Source: Camelus dromedarius (lineage: Eukaryota). From it: a stretch of 64,000 nucleotides of DNA. Position 1 is the first letter of the stretch. Every line of letters starts with the position of its first letter. The notes below the pieces were generated by a model. The model was not told the origin of the DNA. It did no database searches and saw only the letters and a program-made list of their open reading frames with translations. The position numbers were made by a program, and so were the translations under genes. Shown here one piece after another: positions 1-13,270 of the stretch. Location: contig NC_087437.1 in assembly GCF_036321535.1 (NCBI RefSeq), forward strand, positions 10,294,001 through 10,358,000, in the 5' to 3' direction.

Positions 1-3000
1 CCAGTTAAGTATTCTGGGCCAAGTCGAAACTTCCAGAAGGAAGGAAGTTAGTCCCAGAATTTTTCATCTTTTTTCTTTGCGAACTGAACCCAGAGTGCCC
101 CCCTGTGTATAACGTGGAAATAAAGCCCTACTGTTGCCATTATCATCAAGCGAAGTTTAGGTACGAGTGCTTATTCTTTTGTTGGAAATACGTAATTGTG
201 GTGGTAGTTTTTAAGCACAGGTTTAACCAGTTGTCATATTATTGGCATCATTATAAGCTATATATTGTTTATAGGTGGAGTCACAGGAATCTTAGAAATG
301 TGGACAAGTCCAAAAACAAGCCTCCTTTTATTCTAAATTAAAATTAAAGACTCAGATATCTAAATGATATTCACATCTTATAACTAGTTATAATTTGAGA
401 TTAAAAATAGTTAACATAATGTTTAAAACATTGAAAACATTGCTAGGAGAAAGTTAACAAACCCTCACTGTGGGTGTCAAAGACTTTCTCTCATCAGAGC
501 TTTTACTGTAATAATTTTCCTGCGGTAACTCCCTTCTGCAGCAGAGAACCCCGAACCCCTCAGGTATTTTTATCTTGAGCCTTATCAAGTTCTCCATTAT
601 CTGAGGGCTTGTCAGACAAACCCAGTTCATCAGCCTGCAAAGGACTCAATTTGTCTGTCAATGAAGATTTAAGTAAAGTTAGACTATTAAGCAGAACTTT
701 GGAAGCAAATTCCTACATAAATGTTCAAGCTATTAAAATAATTTCTCCATTTACCGCTTGGGGAAGCCATCCATCAGCCACTTCTAAAATTACAACGTTG
801 AAGGACTAGGAGCACCAGTGATAGAATTCGTTTTTCAGTAGAAATATCGATAATCAGTCACACTTTTATAGTTGGAGAGCCATTAGATTTGAATTTGGAG
901 AATAAATGGTCTGATTTTGTGTGGAGGATTTACTTTCAGTTACTTACGTATTCCTACAGCCTCATCTATTTGTTGTGCTCTAGTGTCCTCCAATGGATAT
1001 TCTTGATAGTACTGGAATTACAGAATCTATTTGAATTTGAAGATCACCAGGAGGCTGGATGGTACACGAGCTTCTTTAGCCAAAAATCCATAGAAGAAAC
1101 CCAGTTCTCTCAGCCTGAGCTGAAATTAATTAACATTTAGGGCACATCTGAAAATCATTCTGCTTGATAGGCAATGAGTTCCAGGGTCACTCATATTAAG
1201 TTTCCTTTATCTTATCATATTGAATAATCTTGGAAGGAGTGGACCCAGATATATGAAAGTTCCTGTTGAAAAGTGTAAAAAGAGTATGATTTTAGAGATA
1301 CGTGGTACAGAGATAGACTTTGGATGTTGAGTAAGACACAATTAGTATTCTTTTATTAGCCTAGAAAATAACAGAAAGTGTTTTAGAGCACATGGAGTTT
1401 GATTCTAAAGAAGTGTGTTATGCAAAACGTGAAAATATAGAGAAAAAAAACACTATTACTTGACAGTAGTGAATAAATCAGTCTGAATTATTGAAAAGTC
1501 TCAGTCGGAACATGTAATTTAAAGAATGTTGCTTTTATATTTTCATGGCCACAATTAGTTTCAATGGATAGTCCAAGTAATTGTAATAAAACCCAGGACT
1601 GTTCTTGTAAATTGATTGTGTCCAGGGGTATTTAACCACAATTTCTTGTTATTTCTCTTTTAAATAACCCCTCCTACTCCCACAACAGGTGTTGAATGTT
1701 GTATTTGGTCAAGTGTCCCAGTTTTGACCCAGAAAATATTGTGACTCAAACTGTGGGTGGAAGGAGGCGGGAACATGAAGAGGAAGCTGAGTCTATGGGA
1801 TATACACAAATAACTCCGGGAAACAACTACGAGTGTGGGCTACACCCTGCCTCCCCACAGAGACAGAGGAGAGCTGGTATACGATGCTTTCTGCTATCTC
1901 ACAGGGACATACATTTCCCCAGTGCAATTACAGGAGCATTTAAAATAGCCCCATAGCACTGTAACTATCCATAGGGGCAGTATCACAGGTGTAATTCTCT
2001 CACTTACTCCTCTGTTCCATCCATGGAAAATCCAAAGACCTGCTGTTGTGCCTACAAAATAGGAGGTCTGGGAAGTTTCTGAGCATTGGATGGCCGTCAG
2101 ATATTTTAATCAAATGATGACTTGCAGTCCTCCAAGAGCTCCACCAAGTAGACGTTAATTTCAGATTCTGATTACTGTCTCCTGAGCTGAAATAAAATAA
2201 CACCTGTGGCACATCATAAAGGCAAGCAAGGAATAATCCTCTGCAGGTTGAATGCAAATGTGACAAGTATATAGTCTTGCAGGTACCTTCCCGTGGGAAA
2301 CTGTTTCTAGTTCTATACCCAGGACTCTGAGTCCCACTGAGCTGGCCCATCAAGCTGCTTATCGGCTCCTTCTACCATGTTTACTGGCAAACATGAGCTG
2401 CAGAGCACAGAAGAGCACATGAAGCCACATTTATGCACGTGTGCGTGTGTGGGTGAGTATGAACAGGGAAATGGCTGAATCAGTAACTGCCCAAGACCAG
2501 AACCTAGCACCTCCTGAAGGAAAATCCACCAAGGTTTTGAGAGTCTACGTGAGATAATTAGCAGAAATAGAAGACTAACTGGTATTTCCGAAATGTACTG
2601 TACCAGTGTCTGCACATGTACACTTTTCATCACCAAGATGGTTAAAGTTCTCCTCCTTCTGTGACATGGTACCCAGCACAGATCCAGAGCAGCTTACATG
2701 TGGAACACTTAGAGGCAGGCATTTGAGCTCCCAGAAGTTCTGGTGACTCACTCAGGCATCATTCACAACTGTGCTCTTCTGGTAAGTCTCTTGGTGTCCA
2801 GAAGATTATAACTTTTGGAGAACATAGCTGATCCCTCTGCTAAGTGTCCTAACTACATGGACGTCCTTCTTTATTCTTTAAACCTTGTTTTGTTCATCCA
2901 TGAACTGTCTCCATTTCTGCATCCACCTGAATCTAGTATTTTCATTTGACAATGCAATGATCACACAGTAATTCAAAGAACGCTAAAACCTACATATAAA

Positions 3001-3179
3001 TTTCCATTAAGAATTTTCTTGTAATATATACACTCTCTCTTGTGACGATCACATTTATTCTGGTGACTCAGTCGTCACACACTTCAGAACAACCACAGCT
3101 CCAAATAGCCAACTATTCAAGAGACATTTCAGGGTGACTGTCCTGTAGCATGAGCGCCTGTCTTATTCTGTAAGGCTAC

Positions 3180-3390
3180 CGGATGTATGTTCCTTTCATG
3201 AAAATGGAAGAAGCTCAAAAACGAAAACCCAACCATGCAAGGAAGTCCATTGACCAAGGCAAGTTACACAGCCAAGCCCAAAGTCAGGGATCAGGGAACT
3301 ATGCCCACCATGAAGTGATGGCCAAGAATATGAATATATAAAACGACTATGGAGGGCCTTAAATAGTATGAATAATTCAATCTTCCATGG
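3180..3390 (-). mobile_element. Old MaLR LTR fragment (MLT1J/K-like)
   Basis: Typical MLT1 block ccattgaccaaggcaagttacacagccaagcccaaagtcaggga at ~3248-3290; ends approximate. Confidence 0.6.
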
Positions 3391-5149
3391 TCACCAAGGT
3401 AAACAGGAAAGAGAACTAGGAGATAGAAGTCCTGGATTCTGTCTTGTTCACCCACTATTTATCTGAGCAAGGGCAGAACCTCTTTGAGTCCAAGTGGGTA
3501 GGGAGCAATGACTTATAAAGCTTTGTGGGATCCCAATTATTCTCTGAGCTCATTATCTGTTACTTCCAATCAATTCCCTTGCCTGTCATGCATCTTGTTT
3601 TCAAAGTCCCCAGCTCAGGATCAATAGATTAATGCTTGGTTTCTGTAACTGAGCAATGACTCACTCCCATCAATCTCCTTTCTAGTATATTTTCTACAAG
3701 CACTGCACTTGGCCCCGCACAGACACTCCTTCCTGTCCTTGAAATTCAGCAGTAATCCTTAATTGTTGAAAGAATGTCCTAGAAGGTGTGATAATTCTTA
3801 TATCACTTAGCCTAATTAATTTTCTCTAAAATCGGCCTTACTCAAGTCCACATCCAAACCTTTAGGGAATTCTTCCCCACCATTTCCCACCGGTCCATAT
3901 TCATTAGTCTGCCATTCAAAGATCTCCGAACTCTCCTCTGATTTCTTTTTGTTGTTCCCTCCATCCACTGGGCAAAATTGTCCAAGTATGCTAACCTTCC
4001 TTTTGTTAATAAAAACTCATCAAAATTTAGACATAAAGCAAAAGGATGAGTACCACGTCCTTTCAATGTCATTTGGAGGCACTGCGTAAAAGTTTCACCC
4101 AGAGATTACTGAAAGGCATATACTTTGTTCAACTCACTGTTTACCATTAAGTAAACACCTAGACAGAGTGAAGTCGCACGCTGACATGAAGATTTTTATC
4201 AGTAGAAAGGATAGCCCAGTGTTACTGCACATTGCCTTGGAGAGCATTGGCTGGTTTTGTCTCTAAACCCAGAAATCATATCCTAACTTTCTTATATTAA
4301 CTTCCTAAGGATATCTAGCTCCTCGAATGCTTTTGGAACCAGTCACACCATCATCCTGGTTTCCCCATTATTTAATGAGATGAATATTATCTTTGACATG
4401 TATTCCTTTTAAATTTGTAAAACAGCTATGTTTTTAATGCTTCAAAAGGTGTACTTTAACACTAATTGCTTTTGGAAACCATTTTTCATTCTTCCTTCCA
4501 TCGCTCAGACTGTTGCCCCTGTCAGAAGTGTTTGTCACTTCTCTAAGCTTATCAGAATCCTCCTTCTCCTTCAAGTTTTTGTCCCTGTCCCAGTTCCTAG
4601 CCAGAATCTTATCTTCCTTTAAACTGATTGGGCATGTATAGCCTGGATTACATTTGCTTCTTTGTGATTTCACCTATTTTTAAATGTTTGTTTTGTTTTC
4701 TTGACCCAAGCAGGGAGATCCCAAGCACTATGCTGTTGAATTTGAATCATAACAAAATTAATTCAAAATGTATTAAACACTAATATTTATCTATAGAGAA
4801 AAAAATGACTGTTGTGTAACAATTTATAGAGCTTTTAAAAGACATCATAATTGTTACCTTCGTGTCTCATAGAATATCACAGAGTATTAGACAAAAAAGA
4901 AAAAAGTTGAACAAGGAGACATTCAACATCAAAAATAGACTAATTAACAGTTTCACAACTTTCCTAGATCAGCTTAGAAATGATCTGGGAAACACTCTGA
5001 ATAAATAAAGTCTTTGCAAAGTGAGAAAAAAATCAGCACTAGAAAGAAGGTGCCAGACACAGTTGTGGAGTCAGCCTTTTGGGAGAAAGTCACTTTTATA
5101 GAATCACTGGTAAATTTATGCAGCACCAAAAGCACTGTCATCTCAGAAG

Positions 5150-5270
5150 AAACCCAGCGCAGCAGCTCCCAGGGCGGGAGGGCGGTGCTTCCGGCACTCG
5201 CTGGTCTGGGGATCAAAGTCCTTCTGTGTATATATTTGTTTAAGATATTCTACTTCAACACCTAAGTATG
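5150..5270. promoter_or_regulatory. Candidate promoter/enhancer motif cluster
   Basis: Local CpG patch with GC boxes GGGCGGG 5172-5178 and GGGCGG 5180-5185, ETS core CTTCCGG 5188-5194, TCF/LEF-like GATCAAAG 5211-5218, FOX-like TATTTGTTT 5233-5241. Confidence 0.35.
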
Positions 5271-6259
5271 GGGACAGCTATCCTTGGGCAAAAAAAAAAA
5301 AAAAAAAAAGGGAAAACTCAATTCTGAGATTCACTTATATTTTCCTTAAAAATTCCTTTTATTATTAGCTAGTTGCTTCAGCTGGGAATGTGATTGAAAG
5401 ACGCTACCCAAAATAAAGTTGAAAGAGGCTGAAATTCTACACTTTTTAAGTTAATTTAGAAAGAAAGAAGATATCTTAACTATTAGCCTTTTAACCAAGT
5501 TTCCTGCTCTGGGGAGTTCCTGGATGGCTACGCTAGGTAAACAAAGAGAGGTATTAACACCAAGTTTCATGTAACAGGAAGCCTGCATGGATTACCCCCA
5601 GACGATGTCTCATCTCCAAGGCTTTGTTCTCTCATTTCCTGCTCCATCTTTGAAGAACAGACAAACTCCACAGTAGAGGGGATAAACCCTCCAGTTCTGA
5701 AGGGGAGATTTTGGCCAGTGCTGTCCAGCATCCACAGCTAGATCTAAATACAGAGACAGCTAACGTCCTTTCCATTAAGCCCTAGGGTTTGGCTTAGTTT
5801 GTTTGGTTGAACACTCCTTAATTCCATAAGGCAAAGAATGGTTTGTACCACCATATTTCTTGTATATCATTCCTGTCTGAATTCCTGATGCAAGTCTGAA
5901 ACACGTATCACAGTGCTTCCCCCAACCCCAGGAGACTGTATTCTCGAAACAAATTAAACATGTTTTTGTATCTCATCCTTTGCTCTAATGGTCATGCTAC
6001 AACAAGAATGATAAATGGAAAGACTTAAATTTAGAAAATAATGAGGAAGAAGGGGAAATATGCCCAGAGTCATACTGTAGGAAACTTCATTTTTATTGTA
6101 CATAGGAAAGCACCTAAGGCAATATTTTATAATATAAAGGATTCTGAAGAGTCAGCAAATAATCTGGCAAATTTGGACAAACAGGATAATTCAGGGTCCT
6201 GCATAGATTTATTTGTCCCTTGGGACTAACTCACTAGTTTTGATGTCTTTGCTTTAGAG

Positions 6260-6440
6260 TTTATAAAGTGCCTTCACATGCATTATTTTGTCATTTTATC
6301 AATGATTCTGCAAAATAGCTTAAAAGTATAACTGCCTTGATTTTTAAAGGTACCAACTATGACCCAGAGAGCTTAAGTGATCTTTTTCAACATCCCACAA
6401 TGAAGCAAGAAGAGTGGCCCCTTAGTCTTCTTATTCTAAG
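6260..6440 (-). mobile_element. MIR SINE, degraded
   Basis: gacccagagagcttaagtgatctttttcaacatcccac resembles the antisense MIR core. Confidence 0.45.
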
Positions 6441-7585
6441 TGTACAGGCATGTCTAACGGCACACCAGCAGATGTCAACTGTGACACTGGGAGACTGTGA
6501 CAAGTATTTGTTGCTGGAAGCAAAATGCGAAGCTTGAAAATGATTGACTTTTATATATAAAGAGGGGTTGTCGGCATTAAAATCTATCTCTTGCTCATTT
6601 GTGTTCAGAAATGCTTTCTCCAGTAGAAGAACATGTCTATAGTGAGAAGAAAGTTTAGGGCTTTGGTAAGCCTAAAGGAGTGTGTCTGGCATATAAATGT
6701 CATTTATCAAGTGAGTCTTGGTGGCGTGCTGCATGGCATCACCCTGCCTCTAAGATCTATGACCATCTTTCCCCCTTGATATTTGCCTCTACAGACAGCT
6801 CCTGAATTTTGGCTTCACCTCTAAAACCCTTTTTTGAGATAGAGTTAACCACATACGAATTGCCTAAAACTACTAATTAGCTGCTTATAGGTTTTACTAA
6901 TCAAAGTTAGTAAAGCCCAGGCTCTCCCCTCCTCTCCTCTCCTTCACCATGGAATCTTTCGTACCTGATTCTGTGGCATGAAAACACTTCATCAATAAAG
7001 AGTTTACGAAGCGTAGAGGACTAAACTCAGAACAATGATGAGAATATTTATCTATTAGCAATGGCAGAATTGTACCCACATATCAAAGACCAGCATTTCA
7101 ACTACATGACAGATGACCAGGAATTAGAGAAGACAGGCAGAGCAATCACCCACCAAGAGCACTGCAACATTTCTAAAAATACATTGGTCATATTTTGCAC
7201 ACAATAGGACTTCTAAGGAACAATAAGATGATAAAGGAAAATCAATTTCTAGCCAGCAAACTTCAGGTAGTCACAAGAAACTATAGAACTTACAGTATAT
7301 ATTAGGGTAAAGAGAAGTTCTCAAATCTTTCTAAACATCCTTCCTTCAAAAGGGGATATGCATTTCTTGTTAATATAACACTGAAAATAAATCAGATAGG
7401 ATACATAATGTTGATAAAAGAGAATGAAGCTGATTTTTTAACAAGCTGATTCCAAAATACAATCAAATAAATCAGTACCCCTTTTAAGAGGGGTCACCCA
7501 GAAGGCTGTACCATGGATGACTCAAACTTAGTGACACTTATTTCAAAAGCTATACAAGAATATTCGTAAATGCATCTTCCCGAGA

Positions 7586-7720
7586 GGGGAAGGTATAGCT
7601 CAAGTGGTAGAATGCATGCTTAGCAAGCATGAGGTCCTGGGTTCAATCCCCAGTACCTCCTCTAAAAATAAATAAGTCTAATTACCTCCCCTCCATAAAG
7701 ACAAGTTAATAAAAAAAACA
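7586..7720 (+). mobile_element. tRNA-derived SINE (camelid vic-1-like)
   Basis: ggggaaggtatagctcaagtggtagaatgcatgcttagc (A box), gggttcaatcccc (B box), attacctcccc module and A-rich tail. Confidence 0.9.
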
Positions 7721-7724
7721 CTTC

Positions 7725-8315
7725 CCTATGGATTAATGGATAAAGAAAATTCAGTACGTATATATATATACACATATATATATATTCACATATATACAAT
7801 GTAATATTATTCAAATGTGCCCTTTGTGACAACATGAATGGACCATTATGTAAGTCAGACAAAGAAAGATAAATGCTGTGTGATCTCACTTATATGCGAA
7901 ATCTGAAAACAAAAACAACAAAACAACAACAACAAAAAAAACTCACAAACAAAAATGAACTCATAGATACAGAGAACAGATTGGTGGTTGTCAGAGGCAG
8001 TGGGGAGGGGGTAAGCAAAATGGGTGAAGAGGGTCAAAAGGTACAAACTTACTTATAAAATAAGTAAGTCCTGGAAATACAGTGTATCGCATGTTGATTA
8101 TAGTTAACAATACAGTGCTGTATATTTGGAAGTTGTTAAGAGAGTGGATCTTAAAAGTTCCCATCACAAGAAAGAAAATTGTAAGTATGTGTGGTGGTGG
8201 ATGTTAACTAAACTTATTGTGGTGATCATTTCTCTATACATGCGTATATTGAATCACTATGCTGTACACCTGAAACTGAAACAATGTTATATGTTAATTG
8301 TACCTCAATGAAATG
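7725..8315 (+). mobile_element. L1 3' end (L1MA9-like 3'UTR)
   Basis: atggataaagaaaat...gatacagagaacagattggtggttg...gctgtacacctgaaact...tacctcaat. Confidence 0.85.
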
Positions 8316-8414
8316 AATGTCTCCCCTTTGTAGTCTTCTCTAGGGCAGTGATGATAACTGATATAAATTCGGCAGAACATTTTGTAACTCCTTTTTGTGA
8401 CTGTCTTCAAAGCA

Positions 8415-8650
8415 AATAACAATAACTGCCAATTACTGAGCTTTTACAGTATTCGACTACATAAATCATTTTACATACATCACCAGACACAATCCTTCAC
8501 AACAGCTGCAGAGGTGTTCCAGATGGGAAAAACTGAGGCTTACGGAGATTGCAAAACTTAAAATGCCAAGTGGTCCCAAATCACACAGCTGGCAAGAAAA
8601 GAAGCTGATATTTGACCTGCCTTTCTCTTTCCAAATCACTTCACTGTGCA
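8415..8650 (-). mobile_element. MIR SINE
   Basis: aatccttcacaacagctgcagagg...agatgggaaaaactgaggct...tcacacagctggcaag matches the antisense MIR core. Confidence 0.7.
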
Positions 8651-9447
8651 ATCACACAGGTCACATAAGGAAGTCAATCAAATTCATGACTTTGCACATT
8701 GTTTTGCAAGCTCATGTGGAGGTCCCCTGATTTTCCAGGCTCCACTCCAAGGATGCCAAAATGTAAAAGATAACAAGTCACCAGAAGATTAGATACAGGT
8801 CATCAAGCAGCTTACGACCTGGTGAAGTCGCTCCTGATTAGCACCAGGCTCTTGCCAAAAGATAAATCCACCTGCAAAGGACAGAGCTTTGCTACCACTG
8901 GAGATGAATTTTAAAATGAGGAGACAGGGAGGTTGCTGATGGGAAGCAGGACTCAGAAGACAGTGCCTGAGAGATCAGTCACAAACTATGCTGAGGACTA
9001 AAACCAGTGTCACAATTACGGAAGTTACTCTCAGAGCAAATCCTTTAAAAAGAACAACATTCACTTGAAGTTCTGTTATGTTGGTAGAAGTCCTATTGCT
9101 TTGTGGTCTCTCCTCAGTTTATGACAGTGACTTTGAAAGCACTTTTGAGTGAATGTATCCTTTATTAACTGAATTCATAAATTTAACTGTTCATATAAAC
9201 CTGATTTCCTTACGACTTTATTTACCTTGAGTACCAGCTGCAAGCTGGGCTCACTTATTCCAGTTACGTTTCCCCTTAACTGACTTTTAAATGTAGAATA
9301 TTATTTTAAATGCATGTGAATACTGATTTTCCAGAGAGTAACAACACATTATCAGTTTGATAAAATTTGTAAAATGACATGAGCTACTGTTAGACTTCCC
9401 TTTCAAGCATACTGTAAGAGAAATAAACAGATTTTAACCTAATACAC

Positions 9448-9658
9448 TTTTTAATTCTTATTTTTTATTGAAGTGTAGTCAATTTACAATGTTAGTTTCA
9501 TGTGTACAGCAAAGCAATTCAGTTATACACACACATGCATATTTTTTCAGATTCTTTGCCATTATAGCTCATTACAAGAAATTGAATATAGTTCCCTGTG
9601 CTCTACAGCAGGTCCTTGTTGTTTATCTATTTTATATGCAGTAATGTGTATCTGTTAA
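9448..9658 (-). mobile_element. L1 3' tip (apparently resumes at 10347-10358)
   Basis: T-rich tail then tttattgaagtgtagtcaatttacaatg...gttccctgtgct...gtgtatctgttaa; same family as the copies at 46440 and 51893. Confidence 0.9.
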
Positions 9659-10348
9659 AAGGCAGCAGAAGGAAGGAAATTATAAAGATTAGGAAGGAAA
9701 TAAATAAAATACAGATTTAAAAAACCATACAAAAAAATCAATCAAACCAAAAGCTGGTTTTTTGAAAAAGTAAATAAAATCGACAAACCTCTGGCCAAAC
9801 TCACAAAGAAGAAAAAAGAGAGAGCACAAATTAGCAAAATAAGAAAGGAAAATGGAGAAATTACAACAAATAAATAGAAATACAGAATATCATACGAAAA
9901 TATTATAAAAAACTATATGGAACCAAACTGGATAACCTAGAGGAGATGGACAAGTTTCTGGAAACATACTGTCCACCAAGACTGAATCAAGAAGAAACTG
10001 ACCACTTGAACAAACCGATCACTAGAAATGAAGTCAAAATAGCAATAAAAAACCTCCCTACAAATAAAAGACCAGAACCGGATGGCTTCACCGGGGAATT
10101 CTACCAAACATACAAAGAAGAACTCATACCAGTCCTTCTCAAACTCTTCCAGAAGATTGAAAAGGAGGGAATACTCCCAAACTCATTCTATGAAATCACC
10201 ATCACCCTGATACCAAAACCAGGCAAAGACACTGCCAAAAAAGAGAATTATAGACCAATATCACGGATGAACATAGACGCCAAAATCCTCACCAAAATAT
10301 TAGCAAATAGAATCCAACAGCACATAAAAAAGATTATACGTCATGACC
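9659..10348 (+). mobile_element. Young L1 ORF2 internal fragment (Z domain to start of RT)
   Basis: ORF 9946-10398 reads [62 protein letters not shown]1 homology stops at catgacc (~10348). Confidence 0.95.
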
Positions 10349-11019
10349 GAACTCCTAACCTTAGCAATTATTTTAAAATTTGCAGCACTTACATTTGACA
10401 TCAGAGCCCAGGGAGATGGAGAGCACACTCCAAAGAATGACCAAAAACTGATGAATATAATTCACCTTTAAGTTTATGGCTGCATCTTCTCACCTCCATA
10501 AGAAACAGAAATCAGTGAATAAAAGCTCTTGACTTTTACAAAATCAGCAACACTTTCTAGAATTGTTGCAGAAGATCACAAAAGTCTGTCTCTTCTGGAA
10601 TTAGAAAAATTCTAGGAACTTAGAGTTTTGGTATGAATGTGGATTTCTGATGGCTTAGAGAAAAATTGGGAGATAAGGCAAATCGATTTGCAAAACTGAC
10701 GATCAAACAAAAAGGTGAGGCATGAAAAACAAAGAAGTGAGAGGCACATTTCATGGTGTGGTGTTTGTGGCTTTGTCTGAGATTTTAAGATTCATCAGTT
10801 TTAACATCACACTCAAGAGAATGGCTTTCAAGTTGTCTTTTTAAAGTTTTCCCTACAAAATCCACACTTCCAGTAAGAGTCAGTAAAGTCTCTATTGCTG
10901 AGAAATCAGTTGTATCTATTTAATCCCCTAATGTCACTCAAAATAATGATTCAAAGTAAAAGTAAATGCAAACCATTATGAATAACAACAAGCTATTAAA
11001 ACTTGGATAACTAAATTCT

Positions 11020-11163
11020 TCATTTTAATGTTTTTTTTTCTTTGTGGGGGGAGGTAATTACATTCTTGTTTACTTATTTATTTTAATGGAGGGACTAGGG
11101 CTTGAACCCAGGACCTCATGCATGCTAGGCACACACTCTACCACTGAGCTATCTGTTCCCCAC
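11020..11163 (-). mobile_element. tRNA-derived SINE (vic-1-like) with TSD
   Basis: Antisense ttgaacccaggacctcatgcatgcta...ctaccactgagctat; TSD tggataactaaa(t/c)tct at 11004-11019 and 11164-11179. Confidence 0.92.
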
Positions 11164-12989
11164 TGGATAACTAAACTCTAAAGTTTTAACCCTCCCAATG
11201 TAGCCTTACAGTACAATAATAATTTCTTGCAAATTACTGAAATGCAGTATAATTCTAGAATGACTAAGTATGCTTCTTTAAAGTGAGGGGGGAAATTATG
11301 AGTAATTTAAAAAGTCAGATAAGTCTACAGATTTTTTTAAAAATAGTTAACTGCAGTTTGTAGTTTACCAAGTGTTTTCACACCTAATCTTATTTACAAT
11401 GACTTCCTAGGACATTTATTTTATCCCATTTTACAGGTGATGCTGAAATAGGGTTATAACTTGTCCAAATTTATGCAATTTCAAAATGCATCGAGAATTG
11501 AAAATTAAATAGGTAGAACAGAGTTGGGATGAGTGAAGAATTATTCAAGCTAGAGATATTTAAATCTCTAGGCCCAAATAAATTATATTCTTGGGCAACT
11601 AAATAATCATTCAAATTTTTCAGATAATCAACAGCTGTCATTTTAAGTATCTAGGAAATTGAGACATTTTCTGGAGACTAGAATATTTAAGAAATAAATC
11701 GCCCCAAAATCTGAGAAAAAATTTCCTCATTAATTAAAAAAAATTCTTTATTTTGTATTCCTAGAGAATGCTAGATTATGAAAACTTAAGTCAATGAGGC
11801 AAGTTTTCAAAAATCCCAGAAACTTGGTAAAAAAAAATAAATCTTTTTGTAAGTAACAGGTTAGCTCAGCTCAATCTAATGTACTTCTTATCAAAATAGG
11901 AACAAGGGGATACAAATGGAAATATCTTTACTTTGATAGTTTTTCTTATTGTTATTTCATCCTAAATGAAGAAACACATGTAGGGTAATTATAATTCAAG
12001 TCAAACCACTAGGTGGTGTTCTAAAGATTGGCGGCCTTCTGGATGAAGGAGAAAGTATCAAATGATGGTCTTGATGCATCATTGCATAGCTTTTATTTTT
12101 TTAATTGCTATTATCATTTTTTAAAAAGCACTATATCTGATTACTCATGTGAGTCATAGACTCATGCAATTGGAACGGGGCAAAAAATGCTCCTTAGACA
12201 GGCTGGCTCTAAACACAGGAAAAATAAATTCACATTGCCTACCTTTGGCTCATAGAGAAGTTTGGTCGAAGAAGCCCTGCCTAAGATGCAAAGTAAACCC
12301 CATATTTTCCAAGCGCTGTCCGTGCTTTGCGTCCTGAAACACCTCTTATTCATGGGTTGGCCCTGAAACAGCTATACCGGGGTTGTTAAAATGTTTAAAT
12401 ACCTTCCTGCCAGCTTATAAATAAATACTATGCTGACCACCCCCACCATATCCTCCCATCTCCTAATCACCCAAGATCCTCCCCTAAAGTCGCCTCACCT
12501 CCAGCTAACAAAGAGTGAAACCTGTCTCGGTATGAAATCTCTGGCATTGCTTCTATCTGGTTATTAAATATTGCTAATATCATCCCTAAGTAGGGGCCCA
12601 GAGTTGACAGACTTATTCAGAGCATTTTAATGGCAATTTTTCTGGCTATGCAAAGGAAAACACAGAATTATTTTGAGATAAGGTGAGAGAAGGGTCACTG
12701 CGTAAGTATTTAACAATTATGTGGGGGTTGGAGGAAGCCAAGGAAGAGAGCAAAGGAAGGAAGGAAAGGGGCCCTGAGTAACATGATTCTTCAGTATGAG
12801 GAGCGAGGGCTAGGACAAACTGTCTGTTGGCACAGTAATTAAGGAACTTGAGACAATCATGCTACATTCAACTGTAGTTTTTGTGCTAAAACCATGAGGT
12901 AATCCTCTACAGTAGTCCTCCAAGGAGTTCAAACACTGGAATATTGCAATGTATTACTAGTGTTTGGGAGAACAAAGAAAGTGAAGTGA

Positions 12990-13270
12990 TGCTCTATGAC
13001 TGAAATACAGAAAATAGATTCTAAATATAGAATCAATGATAAGGGTGTAACACAAATGACATTGTAGAAGAAATAAATGAGCTGGAAGATGTAGCAGCAG
13101 AAACTATCCAAAAGAAGACACAGAGAAAACATTAATTCAAAACAAAATTAACAGAGGTCCAGTGAGCTGTAGGACAATTTCAAATGGTCTAATAAACATG
13201 AAATCATTTTCCAAAAATGAGGAGCGAGAGAATAGAAAAAATATTTGAAGATTTAATGGCAGTAGGTGTA
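12990..13270 (+). mobile_element. Ancient L1 (L1M) ORF1 fragment
   Basis: agaagaaataaatgagctggaagat...gaaactatccaaaa...cagtgagctgtaggacaatttcaaa...aaaaaatatttgaagatttaatggc. Confidence 0.65.

Noticed and set aside
90..112. CTCF-like motif (gtgcccccctgtg)
   Set aside because: Mismatches at core positions; insufficient on its own.
525..575. Possible micro-exon (cttctgcag|...cctcag|gtattt)
   Set aside because: 19-22 nt, not frame-preserving, weak donor and no supporting neighbouring exons.
5290..5309. PolyA runs (also at 41696-41719) as processed-pseudogene tails
   Set aside because: No TSD, polyA signal or recognisable mRNA body upstream.
7586..7662. tRNA-Ala-like gene (also at 11090, 34383 and 61956)
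   Set aside because: A-rich tails, TSDs on three of the four copies, dispersed diverged copies and poor stems indicate SINEs, not tRNA genes.
9946..10398. 150-aa ORF as a host gene
   Set aside because: It is an internal L1 ORF2 fragment running into flanking DNA. The other recognisable ORFs (19378, 20110, 24997, 32697, 42942, 51901) are also L1-derived.
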